The notes under the pieces: model-generated
Seen by the model: only the letters and a program-made list of their open reading frames with translations
Databases searched by the model: none
Told to the model about the DNA's origin: nothing
Position numbers and translations under genes: made by a program
Source of the DNA: Octopus sinensis
Lineage: Eukaryota
Length of the DNA: 64,000 nucleotides
Assembly (NCBI RefSeq): GCF_006345805.1
Contig: NC_042997.1
Span: 185,442,001 to 185,506,000, forward strand
Direction: 5' to 3'
Shown: one piece after another, positions 52,401 through 63,225 of the stretch
How positions within the stretch are numbered: position 1 is the first letter of the stretch
Layout: each line of letters starts with the position of its first letter

Positions 52401-53210
52401 TTTACTATTTTTAATGATATAAAATTAAGCACGTAAATTTTAAAATTAACTTGAAGCAATTATTGACAATATCAAATTACTAGAGAAAAATAGCTATCAA
52501 TTTGACAACTCTTTCAGAATTTTTCTCTTTTAACTAGGAAAATGGAATATAAATATTAAAGATCAAGAAGAAAAAAGCATAAATCATATGGCTCAAAAAC
52601 TTGACCAGTTATTTGAAACTACTCAAAGCAGGATCGCATTTTGAGGTGTTTACTATATAAATTTGATTATCATATTATCTTGAAATTCTACCCACTGTTT
52701 ATGTAATCTTAAATTTCCTTCATATTACTAGATTCCCTTTCTTGAATATTCATGTGCAAACGTTTCGTTCAGTATTTTATCATATTTATATCTGGAAATT
52801 GTACTGACATTGCAATACTAAAATTCTCTTGCTTTTAATGGCGATAAGATTAGGTTTGTTGTCATAAGGAAAATCTACGACAAGCCTTTATGACACCTGA
52901 CATATCGAAATATAGTCTCTGCTATTATATCCAAATGGGCTCTACTGTTCATAGCACTGTGAAATGATATACGATACCAACCCCATTTCCAGGGTTAGTT
53001 CATAACATTCTTACCATTATACTTAGCTGTTAGTTTCATGCTCTGTAGGCGAAATTTTTTCTCGTGTATGACATCAAGCATATGTTTCGCCATCAAGAAT
53101 TAAATTTCAAGTAATATGTATAAAAGTTTTACTAATCTAATACCATCCACTTCTTACTTTTGCCACACAGTTTGTGAGCGATCTTTATATTTTTAATTCA
53201 TTTTTAATTA

Positions 53211-53780
53211 TATTGGGTAATCTGGAAAGTTCATGCCGATTTTTAAAGGAAAGAAAAAAGTCAATAAATGCTTGCCATTACATTTTTAATCAACCAAATA
53301 TGAACCATTTTGTTGCACAATGCGTCTCCATCTTTCCTTTAACTTGAAAATACCCTCTTCCCAGAATTGAGATGGCTTCATGGCAAATAATTCATCAAGG
53401 TATCTTTTTACGTCATCCAAGGAATTGAAATTTTTACCATTAAGACTGTTCTGCAGAGACCTGAATAAGTGGAAATCCGAAGGAGAACTATCTGGTGAAT
53501 ATGGAGGGTGGGGTAACACCTCCCAGCCGAGCTGCAGCAATTTTTGTCTGGTTCCCAAAGCATCAAGTGCCGAAAATGAACTTTCTTATCTTCGATTTTA
53601 AAGGATTACAGAATTAACACAGGTTATAGGAACATAAACCTTCTTCCACGAAAAGATAGCTTAAACTGTGCTCTAAATGGAGGTGTAGTCAAATCCTATT
53701 TTATGGACTCAACCATGTTCTAAAATAAGTCGAAAGGCAAGCTACTATAAATCAGCACGAACTTTCCGGACAACCCAATA
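53211..53780 (-). mobile_element. Internally deleted mariner (Tc1/mariner) element with both terminal inverted repeats (TIRs)
   Basis: TIR TATTGGGTAATCTGGAAAGTTCATGCCGATTT versus AAATCAGCACGAACTTTCCGGACAACCCAATA. Minus ORF 53286-53558 reads WEVLPHPPYSPDSSPSDFHLFRSLQNSL..GIFKLKERWRRIVQQNGSY (YSPDLAPSD motif). Confidence 0.92.
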
Positions 53781-53789
53781 ATTATAAGA

Positions 53790-53985
53790 TGCGGCTATCT
53801 GAGAGAAGCGTCAGGGTGTCGGACGAAATGTCTACCGGAAATTCTTCTGGCTCTTTATGTTCTAAGTTCAAGTACTGCTGATGTCTACATTACCTTTCAC
53901 CCTTTCGGTAAAAAAAAGTAAAAGTATCAGGATCGATAGCATCTTCTAGTTCTAAAATTGCTGGCTTTGCGCCAATATTTAAATC
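53790..53985 (+). mobile_element. SINE family B, degenerate
   Basis: GGACGAAATG..GTTCTAAGTTCAAG..ACCTTTCACCCTTTCGG. Confidence 0.55.
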
Positions 53986-54099
53986 TATTCATAATTTGTT
54001 ATTTAGAAAAATGTGAGTCCTTTTGACGCACCACAAGGTTTAGTCTATTTTTTACCCTAGAAAGATTACGTTCTGCGTGTTGTATTTCTGTCGAGTAAC

Positions 54100-54535
54100 A
54101 TTCAAAATGTCAACCGCGGTCGTTTGCCTGTTCGTCATCGACATACAGTTAATCTACGTAGTTCGTCTTTGTAAGTCTGTACTTTCAGTAACCTTTCGTA
54201 ACTGCCCTAACTGGAAACGGTCAAAACTGCTAGCAGTCTTCATTGAAGATGTTTAATAAATGGTAAGCTGTAGTTACTGAGCATAAACTCTTCTGCAGCT
54301 ATGCTTTGAAAGTTTATTCCATGTACATGGATAATTCTCGATAACGTCTTATATGATAAGCTTTGGTGTTCATTTATTGCCACAAATATAATTATCAAAT
54401 TATTATTTACTAGCATTCCCGTGTTGTCAAAAATGCAAACAGTTTTATTAATGATAGAAGATGGCACAGCAACATAATGGGAAAAATCGTTAATAAATGT
54501 TAGCAATCTACTAAATATATCTATATGCACAGAAT
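54100..54535 (-). mobile_element. Probable PLE reverse-transcriptase/thumb fossil
   Basis: LTFINDFSH..SSIINKTVCIFDNTGMLVNNNL..LSYKTLSRII..EEFMLSNYSLPFI resembles PLE F.N.FHP.IKFT..V.FLD..I.NN.L..IPYS..LR..F..RGYP. Confidence 0.45.
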
Positions 54536-54569
54536 TGAAGGACTTAAAGAATCAAATACGATTGTAAAG

Positions 54570-54771
54570 TCTCGCTTGAAAATATCGCCCACATAATGTA
54601 TGTGTGTGTATAGACACACAAACACACGCACACACTCTCTCTCACACACACACATATATATATATATGTACATATACATATATATGTATATATAAATGTA
54701 TGTATATGTACGTGTGTGTTTGTATATCTATACACACGCATACATTATGTGGGCGATATTTTCAACCGAGA
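54570..54771. repeat. Inverted repeat with ~60 bp arms
   Basis: TCTCGCTTGAAAATATCGCCCACATAATGTATG (54570) is the reverse complement of CATACATTATGTGGGCGATATTTTCAACCGAGA (ending 54771). Confidence 0.85.
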
Positions 54772-54869
54772 TATTATATGTATATATGCATGTGTGTGTA
54801 TGTGTATGTATATGCATATATATGTACATATGTATATATGTATATATATTTAATGTACATATACATACA

Positions 54870-54904
<35 letters not shown>

Positions 54905-54926
<22 letters not shown>

Positions 54927-55678
54927 ACATATATATACATTTACGTATATATGCGTGTGTGTGTGAATATAAATAAATGTATTTATGTGCTATCTGCATA
55001 TATTCCACTGATGTAGGCAAAGCCTTTCTTATGCAGGGTCATAAATCCGGGATCTGGAATTATCCAGTAATTTTTTTTTGTTTTTTGCTGGTTTATTTTG
55101 TCTGTTTGTCTTCTCTCCTGGTGCTGTAAGAACATTTAATGTGGTTTTAGAGTCAAGTTTTGGCTGCTATTTCTAGCTTGGTGGTATCTCTTAGATACCC
55201 TTAATTATAATTTTTATAATTATTATTATCTTTGAGGTTTTTTTCCCGTACTGGCCACCTGATAAGATCGGTATTTCAAATAACGATGTTATCCTTATTT
55301 ATATAAATTTATATATCTATATCTATAAAAAAACAGGATGTGTGTGTGTACGTGAATGTAATTCATGCACGTCCACAAATTAGCACGCACGTCGCTCCCA
55401 TTTTAGGAGGACATTGGTCACGACCATGGCTGTGCTTTTTTCAACTTACTTTCCCCGAGACTCCTGTAGATAGCGGAAAAAATCGATTTTCAGTGATAAC
55501 TTTTACCAAATTTGAACATGAGTTAAGTCCCCTTCTTGCAGTGGGGAATAGTATTGTGCGTGTGAGAGAGAAGGTGTGTGTTGATGTGTGTGTGTGTATG
55601 TGTGTGTGAGGGAGAGAGAGTGACAGCGTACATTGTTAAAGTTTTTTCCTTGCATCTTTTTTGAGTGAGTAATTGACT

Positions 55679-55711
<33 letters not shown>

Positions 55712-56502
55712 TGTGTGTGTGTGTGTGTGTGTGGTGTGTGTGTGTGTGTGTACATATATATACATTTACGTATATATGCGTGTGTGTGTGAATATAAATA
55801 AATGTATTTATGTGCTATCTGCATATATTCCACTGATGTAGGCAAAGCCTTTCTTATGCAGGGTCATAAATCCGGGATCTGGAATTATCCAGTAATTTTT
55901 TTTGTTTTTTGCTGGTTTATTTTGTCTGTTTGTCTTCTCTCCTGGTGCTGTAAGAACATTTAATGTGGTTTTAGAGTCAAGTTTTGGCTGCTATTCTAGC
56001 TTGGTGGTATCTCTTAGATACCCTTAATTATAATTTTTATAATTATTATTATCTTTGAGGTTTTTTTCCCGTACTGGCCACCTGATAAGATCGGTATTTC
56101 AAATAACGATGTTATCCTTATTTATATAAATTTATATATCTATATCTATAAAAAAACAGGATGTGTGTGTGTACGTGAATGTAATTCATGCACGTCCACA
56201 AATTAGCACGCACGTCGCTCCCATTTTAGGAGGACATTGGTCACGACCATGGCTGTGCTTTTTTCAACTTACTTTCCCCGAGACTCCTGTAGATAGCGGA
56301 AAAAATCGATTTTCAGTGATAACTTTTACCAAATTTGAACATGAGTTAAGTCCCCTTCTTGCAGTGGGGAATAGTATTGTGCGTGTGAGAGAGAAGGTGT
56401 GTGTTGATGTGTGTGTGTGTATGTGTGTGTGAGGGAGAGAGAGTGACAGCGTACATTGTTAAAGTTTTTTTCCTTGCATCTTTTTTGAGTGAGTAATTGA
56501 CT

Positions 56503-56570
<68 letters not shown>
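54905..56570 (+). repeat. Near-perfect tandem duplication, period about 823 bp
   Basis: Identical ORFs at 55340 and 56163. Junctions lie in (GT)n; the differences I saw are homopolymer or microsatellite length. Confidence 0.92.
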
Positions 56571-56572
<2 letters not shown>

Positions 56573-56727
56573 TAGCGTACGCCCTCTCTCTTTCTCTTTC
56601 TCTCTCACTCTGTCAAACACACTGAAAAAAGATGCGAGGAAAAGTAAATAAATAAAATTATCGCTATCTCTCTTTCACACACACAGCAACACACACTTCC
56701 CCTTTCTCTCTTTCTTTCTGACAACAC

Positions 56728-56758
<31 letters not shown>

Positions 56759-57192
56759 TGTCTCTCTCTCTCTCTCACTCAGTCAATCGCTCACACACTG
56801 ACTATAAAAAAGTTGCGAGGAGAAATAATTTTTAAAAAATGTACGCTGTGTGTGTATGTGTTTGAGTGTGTGAGGGAAAGAGTGACAGCGTACAATTTTA
56901 AAATTTACTTTTCCTCGCATTTTTTTGGAGTAAATGAGTGATTGATTGACTGAGCGAAAGAGAGAGAGATAGCGTGTTGTCGGAAAGAGAGAGAGAGAGA
57001 GAGAGAGAGTGGTGTGTGTGTGTGTGTGTGTGTGTGTGATAGCGTACGCCCTCTCTCTTTCTCTTTCTCTCTCACTCTGTCAAACACACTGAAAAAAGAT
57101 GCGAGGAAAAGTAAATAAATAAAATTATCGCTATTCTCTCTTTCACACACACAGCAACACACACTTCCCTTTCTCTCTTTCTTTCTGACAAC

Positions 57193-57239
<47 letters not shown>

Positions 57240-57463
57240 TCTCTCACTCAGTCAATCGCTCACACACTGACTATAAAAAAGTTGCGAGGAGAAATAATTT
57301 TTAAAAAATGTACGCTGTGTGTGTATGTGTTTGAGTGTGTGAGGGAAAGAGTGACAGCGTACAATTTTAAAATTTACTTTTCCTCGCATTTTTTTGAGTA
57401 AATGAGTAATTGATTGACTGAGCGAAAGAGAGAGAGATAGCGTGTTGTCGGAAAGAGAGAGAG

Positions 57464-57503
<40 letters not shown>

Positions 57504-57625
57504 AGACACAGAGAGAGAGAGATATAGCGTAAATTTTATTTATTTACATTTTCTCGCATCTTTTTTAGTGTGTTTGACTGAGAGAGTGAGAGAGAGAGAG
57601 AGGGGGGGTCCTTACACTATCTCAC

Positions 57626-57667
<42 letters not shown>

Positions 57668-57975
57668 CCTTTCAGTCAATCACTCGCTCAAAAAAAGGTG
57701 CGAGGAAAAATAAATTTTAAAAACGTACGTGGTCACTCTCTCGCTCTGCCTCACACACACACACATCAACACACACCTTCTCTCTCTCTCACACACATTC
57801 ACATACACATACTTTCTATGTTGCATCCCACCATCAACATATACATACGTCCCCGTCATTTTCTCTCTCTCTTTCACTTTATGCTGGCATCAAACGAAAT
57901 GTACATTTCCAGTTAAAAAAACAAACAAAATTTTTTACGGAATCTACAGAACGCTGTACCTTAACAGCTGATAGA
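56139..57975 (+). mobile_element. Putative non-autonomous Helitron-like element with internal repeat array; its 5' part is duplicated at 55316
   Basis: Starts TCTATATCTATAAAAAAACAGGATGTGTGTG (TC start then microsatellite, like the 6522 and 28317 elements). Internal ~120 bp units in both orientations. Possible 3' hairpin GCTGTACCTTAACAGC at about 57954-57969, but no clean CTRR end. Confidence 0.45.
56571..57500 (+). repeat. Second near-perfect tandem duplication, period about 467-480 bp
   Basis: GATAGCGTACGCCCTCTCTC..GATGCGAGGAAAAGTAAATAAAT occurs at 56571 and 57038. The junction is again in (GT)n. Confidence 0.88.
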
Positions 57976-58204
57976 TCATTGACAACTCTGTGACTCAAAA
58001 CAAAGGATAATCCTCGCTGAAACTTATCTCCTGCCATAAAATCTTCGATGATATAATGATATCAGAAATAAATTACTGCTTTAATCCACCCTCTCAAAAA
58101 AAACCAATCTTCCAATGAGTGGACACCTCAAACGGCACGTTTTCACTCAAAACAACAAATGGAATAAAGAGCACATGCATCACAACAACAATAACACCCA
58201 GTGC

Positions 58205-58239
<35 letters not shown>

Positions 58240-58340
58240 CTTACAATATATCCTATTGTTAAGAAAATTTTACACAATCATTCAATAAAACTCAAATGGG
58301 ATAAAGAGTACACGCTTTATCCGCCTAAACAGTGCAATAT

Positions 58341-58537
58341 ACTCTTTTACTTGTTTCAGTCATTTGACTGCGGCCATGCTGGAGCACCGCCTTTGATCAC
58401 CACCCCCTGCCGGAGCCTCGTGGAGCTTTTTAGGTGTTTTCGCTCAATAAACACACACAACGCCCGGTCTGGGAATCGAAACCGCGATCCTGCGACCGCG
58501 AGTCCGCTACCCTAACCACTAGGCCATTGCGCCTCCA
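58341..58537 (-). mobile_element. Chimeric SINE: family C 5' half joined to family A 3' tail
   Basis: 58395-58537 is a family C head; 58341-58393 is the family A tail GGCGGTGCTCCAGCATGGCCGCAGTCAAATGACTGAAACAAGTAAAAGAGT. Confidence 0.8.
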
Positions 58538-58540
58538 TAT

Positions 58541-58690
58541 GATTTGATTTTGATTTTTCCAGTTTCAGCTAATGAGCTGTGGCCATGCTGGGGCACCGCC
58601 ATTTGGTTTGCTACACGATTTTAACTCACGGATGCTTTTTAGCAAACGCCATCTGATGCATGAGAGAGTTCGATGCAGCTGCCCTCATAT
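58541..58690 (-). mobile_element. Retroelement 3' end sharing the family A tail; candidate partner LINE
   Basis: GGCGGTGCCCCAGCATGGCCACAGCTCATTAGCTGAAAC plus an (AAATC)n tail, with a non-SINE upstream sequence. Confidence 0.45.
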
Positions 58691-59320
58691 ATATATTCAT
58701 TTAAGAGAAGAAAATAGAGTTAATTGTTAATAATCTATTTATTAAAGTAGCTGTATACTGTCAACTTAATGTGACAGTCTCATGAAGGGAATAATACTAC
58801 TGCTATTTAGCCCTAGGAAGCAGCACCGCTTCCTGTCAACATTAAGTTGACAGCATGCAACTACTTTATTGTATCACTACTGCATAAATCTCTTTGAGAA
58901 ATTTAGAAATGTATTATTTCTATGAATCTATTTATTAACATATTGATAATCATTCCTACATATGTTTCAATCTAAACTCAGTTCATAAATTAGAAATGTA
59001 TGTAATAAATTTGCATTTATAAGTTGTAAGCAAAATATCATGAGGAAAATATTAGACATTAAAGAATTTGTTCTTTCCAACAGACTAAATTTAGGCTGAT
59101 TTAGTTTGTTGGAAAGAACAAATTGTTCCCCATGAAATTATTTATGTCAAATATTTCCCTGATGTTATTTTGCTCACAACTTATAAATGCGGTTTATTAC
59201 ATATATTTATAATTTATTAATTGAGTATACAGTGACACAATTGCAGGAATGATTATCAATATGTTAATAAATTAATTATGAACCATTACATCTCCATTTT
59301 CTTCTCTTAATTGAATATAG
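58691..59320. repeat. Long imperfect palindrome (foldback/MITE-like) with a smaller hairpin element nested at 58744-58867
   Basis: Centre AATTTGTTCTTTCCAACAGACTAAAT-ttaggctg-ATTTAGTTTGTTGGAAAGAACAAATT. Arms extend to TATTAACATATTGATAATCATTCCT and TTAAGAGAAGAAAAT. Confidence 0.85.
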
Positions 59321-59934
59321 ATTACATGCGTAATGTATACCTATTTATTTCAGGGAATTTTGTCCCCAGTAATATAAGGTATAAAGCCAGTGTAATTTTG
59401 GATATAATCATCCCTTCAAGGGGTTACTATATCCTAGCATTAACTTATATATATTATCGTTCACATAACCTTTATATATATATGCAATGTGAGGAATAAT
59501 ATTTTGAAAAAAAAGTGTTTAATATATAACTTCATATGTTTTGTGTGTGTGTGTCTTTTGAGCAAAACTTTTGAATGTTGTTCAACTGCTTTAGCATCTG
59601 TAACTACCATCCACTCCCATCCATTTTGTTGTTTTGCTCTTCTTTCCTTAGCGTATCCGACGAACTACAAATTGCGTTTTATATATGTAAGATTGCTTCT
59701 TTGCTATAAAATGTAAAATCTTTTCGATATAAGTGACGCTTATTTTTATGGTGCGATAATAAAGATCAATTTTAACTTTCGTTCGTTCAGATTTGATAAA
59801 ATTTAAATTACCAGTGAAGTACAGAAATCGAAGATGTTAGCTTATTCCCTTTCCTCAAAATTGTTTACCTTGTTTACCTTGTTCCAAAATCGGAAAACAT
59901 TCTTACTGCTTTCAGTTATTGCATCTGGCTAATA

Positions 59935-60452
59935 ATCCTTTCTACTATAGGCAGCAGGCCTGGATTTTGTGGGGAGGGAACAGTCGATCACACTGACACC
60001 AGTACTCAACTGATATTTTATTTATCGACATCGAAAGGATGAAAGGCAAAGTCAACCTGGACGGAATTTAAACTCAGAACGTAGCGGCAGACGAAATACC
60101 TATTTCTTTACTACCCACAAGGGACTAAACACAGTAGGGACAAACAAGGACAGACAAAAGGATTAAAACGATTATATCGACCCCAGTGCGTAACTGGTAC
60201 TTATTTAATCGACTCCGAAAGGATGAAAGGCAAAGTCGACCTCGGCGGAGTTTGAACTCAGAACGTAACGGCAGACGAAATACCTATTTCTTTACTACCC
60301 ACAAGGGGCTACACACAGAGAGAACAAACAAGGACAGACAAACGGATTAAGTCGATTATATCGACCCCAGTGCGTAACTGGAACTTACGCACTGGAACTT
60401 AATCGACCTCGAAAGGATGAAAGGCAAAGTCGACCTCAGCGGAATTTGAACT
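59935..60452 (-). mobile_element. SINE family B, headless trimer of body units
   Basis: GAAAGGATGAAAGGCAAAGTC occurs at about 60033, 60217 and 60411. An inverted tail fragment follows at 60455-60487. Confidence 0.88.
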
Positions 60453-60922
60453 TTATATTTAGCCCCTTGTGGGCAATAAAGAAATAGGTAAACTAGCACC
60501 CCGGCAAAAGAGACCGATAGAATAAATACCAGGCTTAGCAAAAGCATTAAATACTGGGGTTGCTACATCAAAGAATTGGCCGCAGTCTAATGACTGAAGC
60601 AAGTTAAAAATAAGAGATACTTAAATAAGTATCGAGGTTGATTTAGTGAACACTTTGAGACAGTGTCCCAAGTCTGCAGTCTAGGAACTGAAAAGTAAGG
60701 GAATAAAAGAAAATAATTACTTTTTCCTATATATTAATATGCAGGTAGGCATCAGTTTTTGTTTTATGTAACACTATATATTAAAAACAATTGTATGTTA
60801 CATGTATCGGAAAATGCATATTACGAGAATCTTTAAACTTTAATCTTGATTTCATTCAGTATGTCAATATTCCCTCACATTAAGTAAAGATGATTCCCTC
60901 ATATTAAGTAAAGATGATTAGT

Positions 60923-61222
60923 GGAGGCACAATGCCTAGTGGTTAGAGCACACGGACTCGCAGTCGAGGGATCACGTTTTGAATCTCAGACCGGACGATG
61001 TGTGTGTTTATGAGCGAAACACCTAAGCTCCACGCGGATCCGACTGAAGGTAATGGTGAACTTCTGCTGACTCATTCGCCACAACATTCTCTCACTCTTT
61101 CCTCCTGCATCTTGCAGCTCACCTGCGACGGACCGGCGTCCCGTCCAGGAGGAGAACCTATACGCCAAGGAAACCGGGGAAACCAGCCCTTATAAGCCAG
61201 GCAGAAGGAACAAACAAAACAT
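60923..61222 (+). mobile_element. SINE family C
   Basis: Head GGAGGCACAATGCCTAGTGGTTAGAGC and CTGCGACGGACCGGCGTCCCGTCCAGG. Candidate TSD AGATGATTA on both sides. Confidence 0.85.
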
Positions 61223-61327
61223 AGATGATTAAATTGAAGCACACAAAAACATTTACAGACATAACACATAACACAGATAGATATAGAGAGCTACAGTGTG
61301 TGCGCGTGTGTGTGTGTGTGTGTGAGT

Positions 61328-61381
<54 letters not shown>

Positions 61382-61966
61382 GAGTGAAAAAAGAGGGAAT
61401 GAGAAACTTATGTGACATAAAATTCTTCACTGATTACATAACTCCAAAAATTCAATAAAAATTCATTACTTCCTAGCTTCAAAATTTCTTAAGAATTTTA
61501 AATTTTACCACTTGCATCAAACCAGTGTTTACCAAACTGAATTATCAAGTAGAGATTATATGTTATATTTAGGAAACTCCAAGTTAAACTTTTGTTTAAA
61601 GTATTATATTTTAATATTCCCTTATAATTTTAATATCTCTTAATAAAATATAAAAATCCAAATAAATGAATAAAGAAGACATGCACGGAATTGTACCCCA
61701 AAATTCTTCACTATCTACACATTACTTCAAAAATTAAATCGAAATATTTCTTTCGTATCACCTCCCCCACTTACCTACTCAGCGCAAGCCTTCAATCATA
61801 TATTTTTGAATTTCTAATTTTACCATTTACATCAAACTGTTATGTAACAAACTGAATTACGTATTATAGATTATATAATTCATATTGCAAGAAACTTTAT
61901 TTTAAAATTTTATTTAAATCTCTCTTTTAATATTTCCTTATAATTTCTGAAAATTCATAACTCTTA

Positions 61967-62446
61967 GGCGTAGGAGTGGCTGTGTGGTAAGTAGCTTGCT
62001 TATAAACCACATGGTTCCGGGTTCAGTCCCACTGCGTGGTACCTTGGGCAAGTGTCTTCCACTATAGCCTCGGGCCGACCAGAGCCTTGTGAGCGGATTT
62101 GGTAGACAGAAACTGAAAGAATCCCGTCGTATATATGTATTTATATATATATATATATATGTATGTGTGTATGTATGTATGTATGTTGTATGTATGTATG
62201 TATGTATGTATGTATGCATGTGTGTGTATATGTTTGTGTGTCTGTGTTTGTCCCCCCCCCCAACATCGCTTGACAACCTATGCTGGTGTGTTTATGTCCC
62301 CGTAACTTAGCGGTTCGGCAAAAGAGACCGATAGAATATGTACTAGGCTTCTAAAGAATAAGTCCTGGGGTCGATTTGTTCGACTAAAGGCGGTGCTCCA
62401 GCATGGCCACAGTCAAATGACTGAAACAAGTAAAAGAGTAAAAAGT
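61967..62446 (+). mobile_element. SINE family A, full length
   Basis: Matches 30688-31091. Candidate TSD TAACTC. Confidence 0.92.
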
Positions 62447-62766
62447 AACTCAAAGACAAGGTACACGCACGTACTTATACAGATACATACATATTCTCCA
62501 ATATGTTCTTGACCCCTATAGGTTCCACACGAAACAGCCTTAGTAATTTAACTATTCCACTGGCCCTTCCTCCCATTCTAATTTGTTCTTTACATATTCA
62601 TCCACCCATTATTAAACTTCAACCATATTTCTAAGATAATTTTCCATCGCTACAAAGCAGTACAATTACATTCTTTTTCTCTTTCCTACAGAATTTACCT
62701 CTGAGTTGTAAATTGTTTCTCTAACATAATTTTATTGAAATTATCTTTTATTATAGGTTGAATAGT

Positions 62767-62990
62767 GGAGGCGTGTGGCTTAGTGGTTAGGGTATCGAAC
62801 TCGTGATTGTAAGGTTGTGGTTTCGATTCCTGGACCGGACACTTCATTTTCACATTTCTCCAGTCCACTCAGCTGGCAAAATATAAGTAATCCTGCGACG
62901 GATCGGCGTCCCGTCCAGGTGGGGAATTGCTACGCCACTGAAACAGGGGAACGGCCCTTATGAACCTGGCATGGATCGAGAAGGAACATT
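62767..62990 (+). mobile_element. SINE with family D head/core and family C-type 3' domain
   Basis: CTCCAGTCCACTCAGCTGGCAAA (D) followed by CTGCGACGGATCGGCGTCCCGTCCAGG (C). TSD TAGGTTGAATA at 62754 and 63003. Confidence 0.82.
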
Positions 62991-63087
62991 TACTATCTTT
63001 TTTAGGTTGAATAAACTATTGAACGAAACTTGAAATCACAATTAAATATTATTTTCTTCTAAAATGCATGGTATACATACATGCATT

Positions 63088-63225
63088 ACGATGGGCTTCA
63101 TATAGTTTCCGTTTACCAAGGGTTTGGTCGGCCTGAAGCAATAATAGAATTTACTTTTTCAATACGCCACTTAGTGGGACTGAAACCGGAACCATGTGGT
63201 TGAGCAGCAAAGTCTTGCCATGCAG
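63088..63225 (-). mobile_element. SINE family A 5' half, degenerate
   Basis: TTTGGTCGGCCTGAAGC..AGTGGGACTGAAACCGGAACCATGTGGTTG. Confidence 0.7.

Noticed and set aside
55340-55609. Duplicated 89-aa ORF, also at 56163
   Set aside because: It lies in a Helitron-like repeat, begins and ends in (GT)n, and is identical only because of the tandem duplication.
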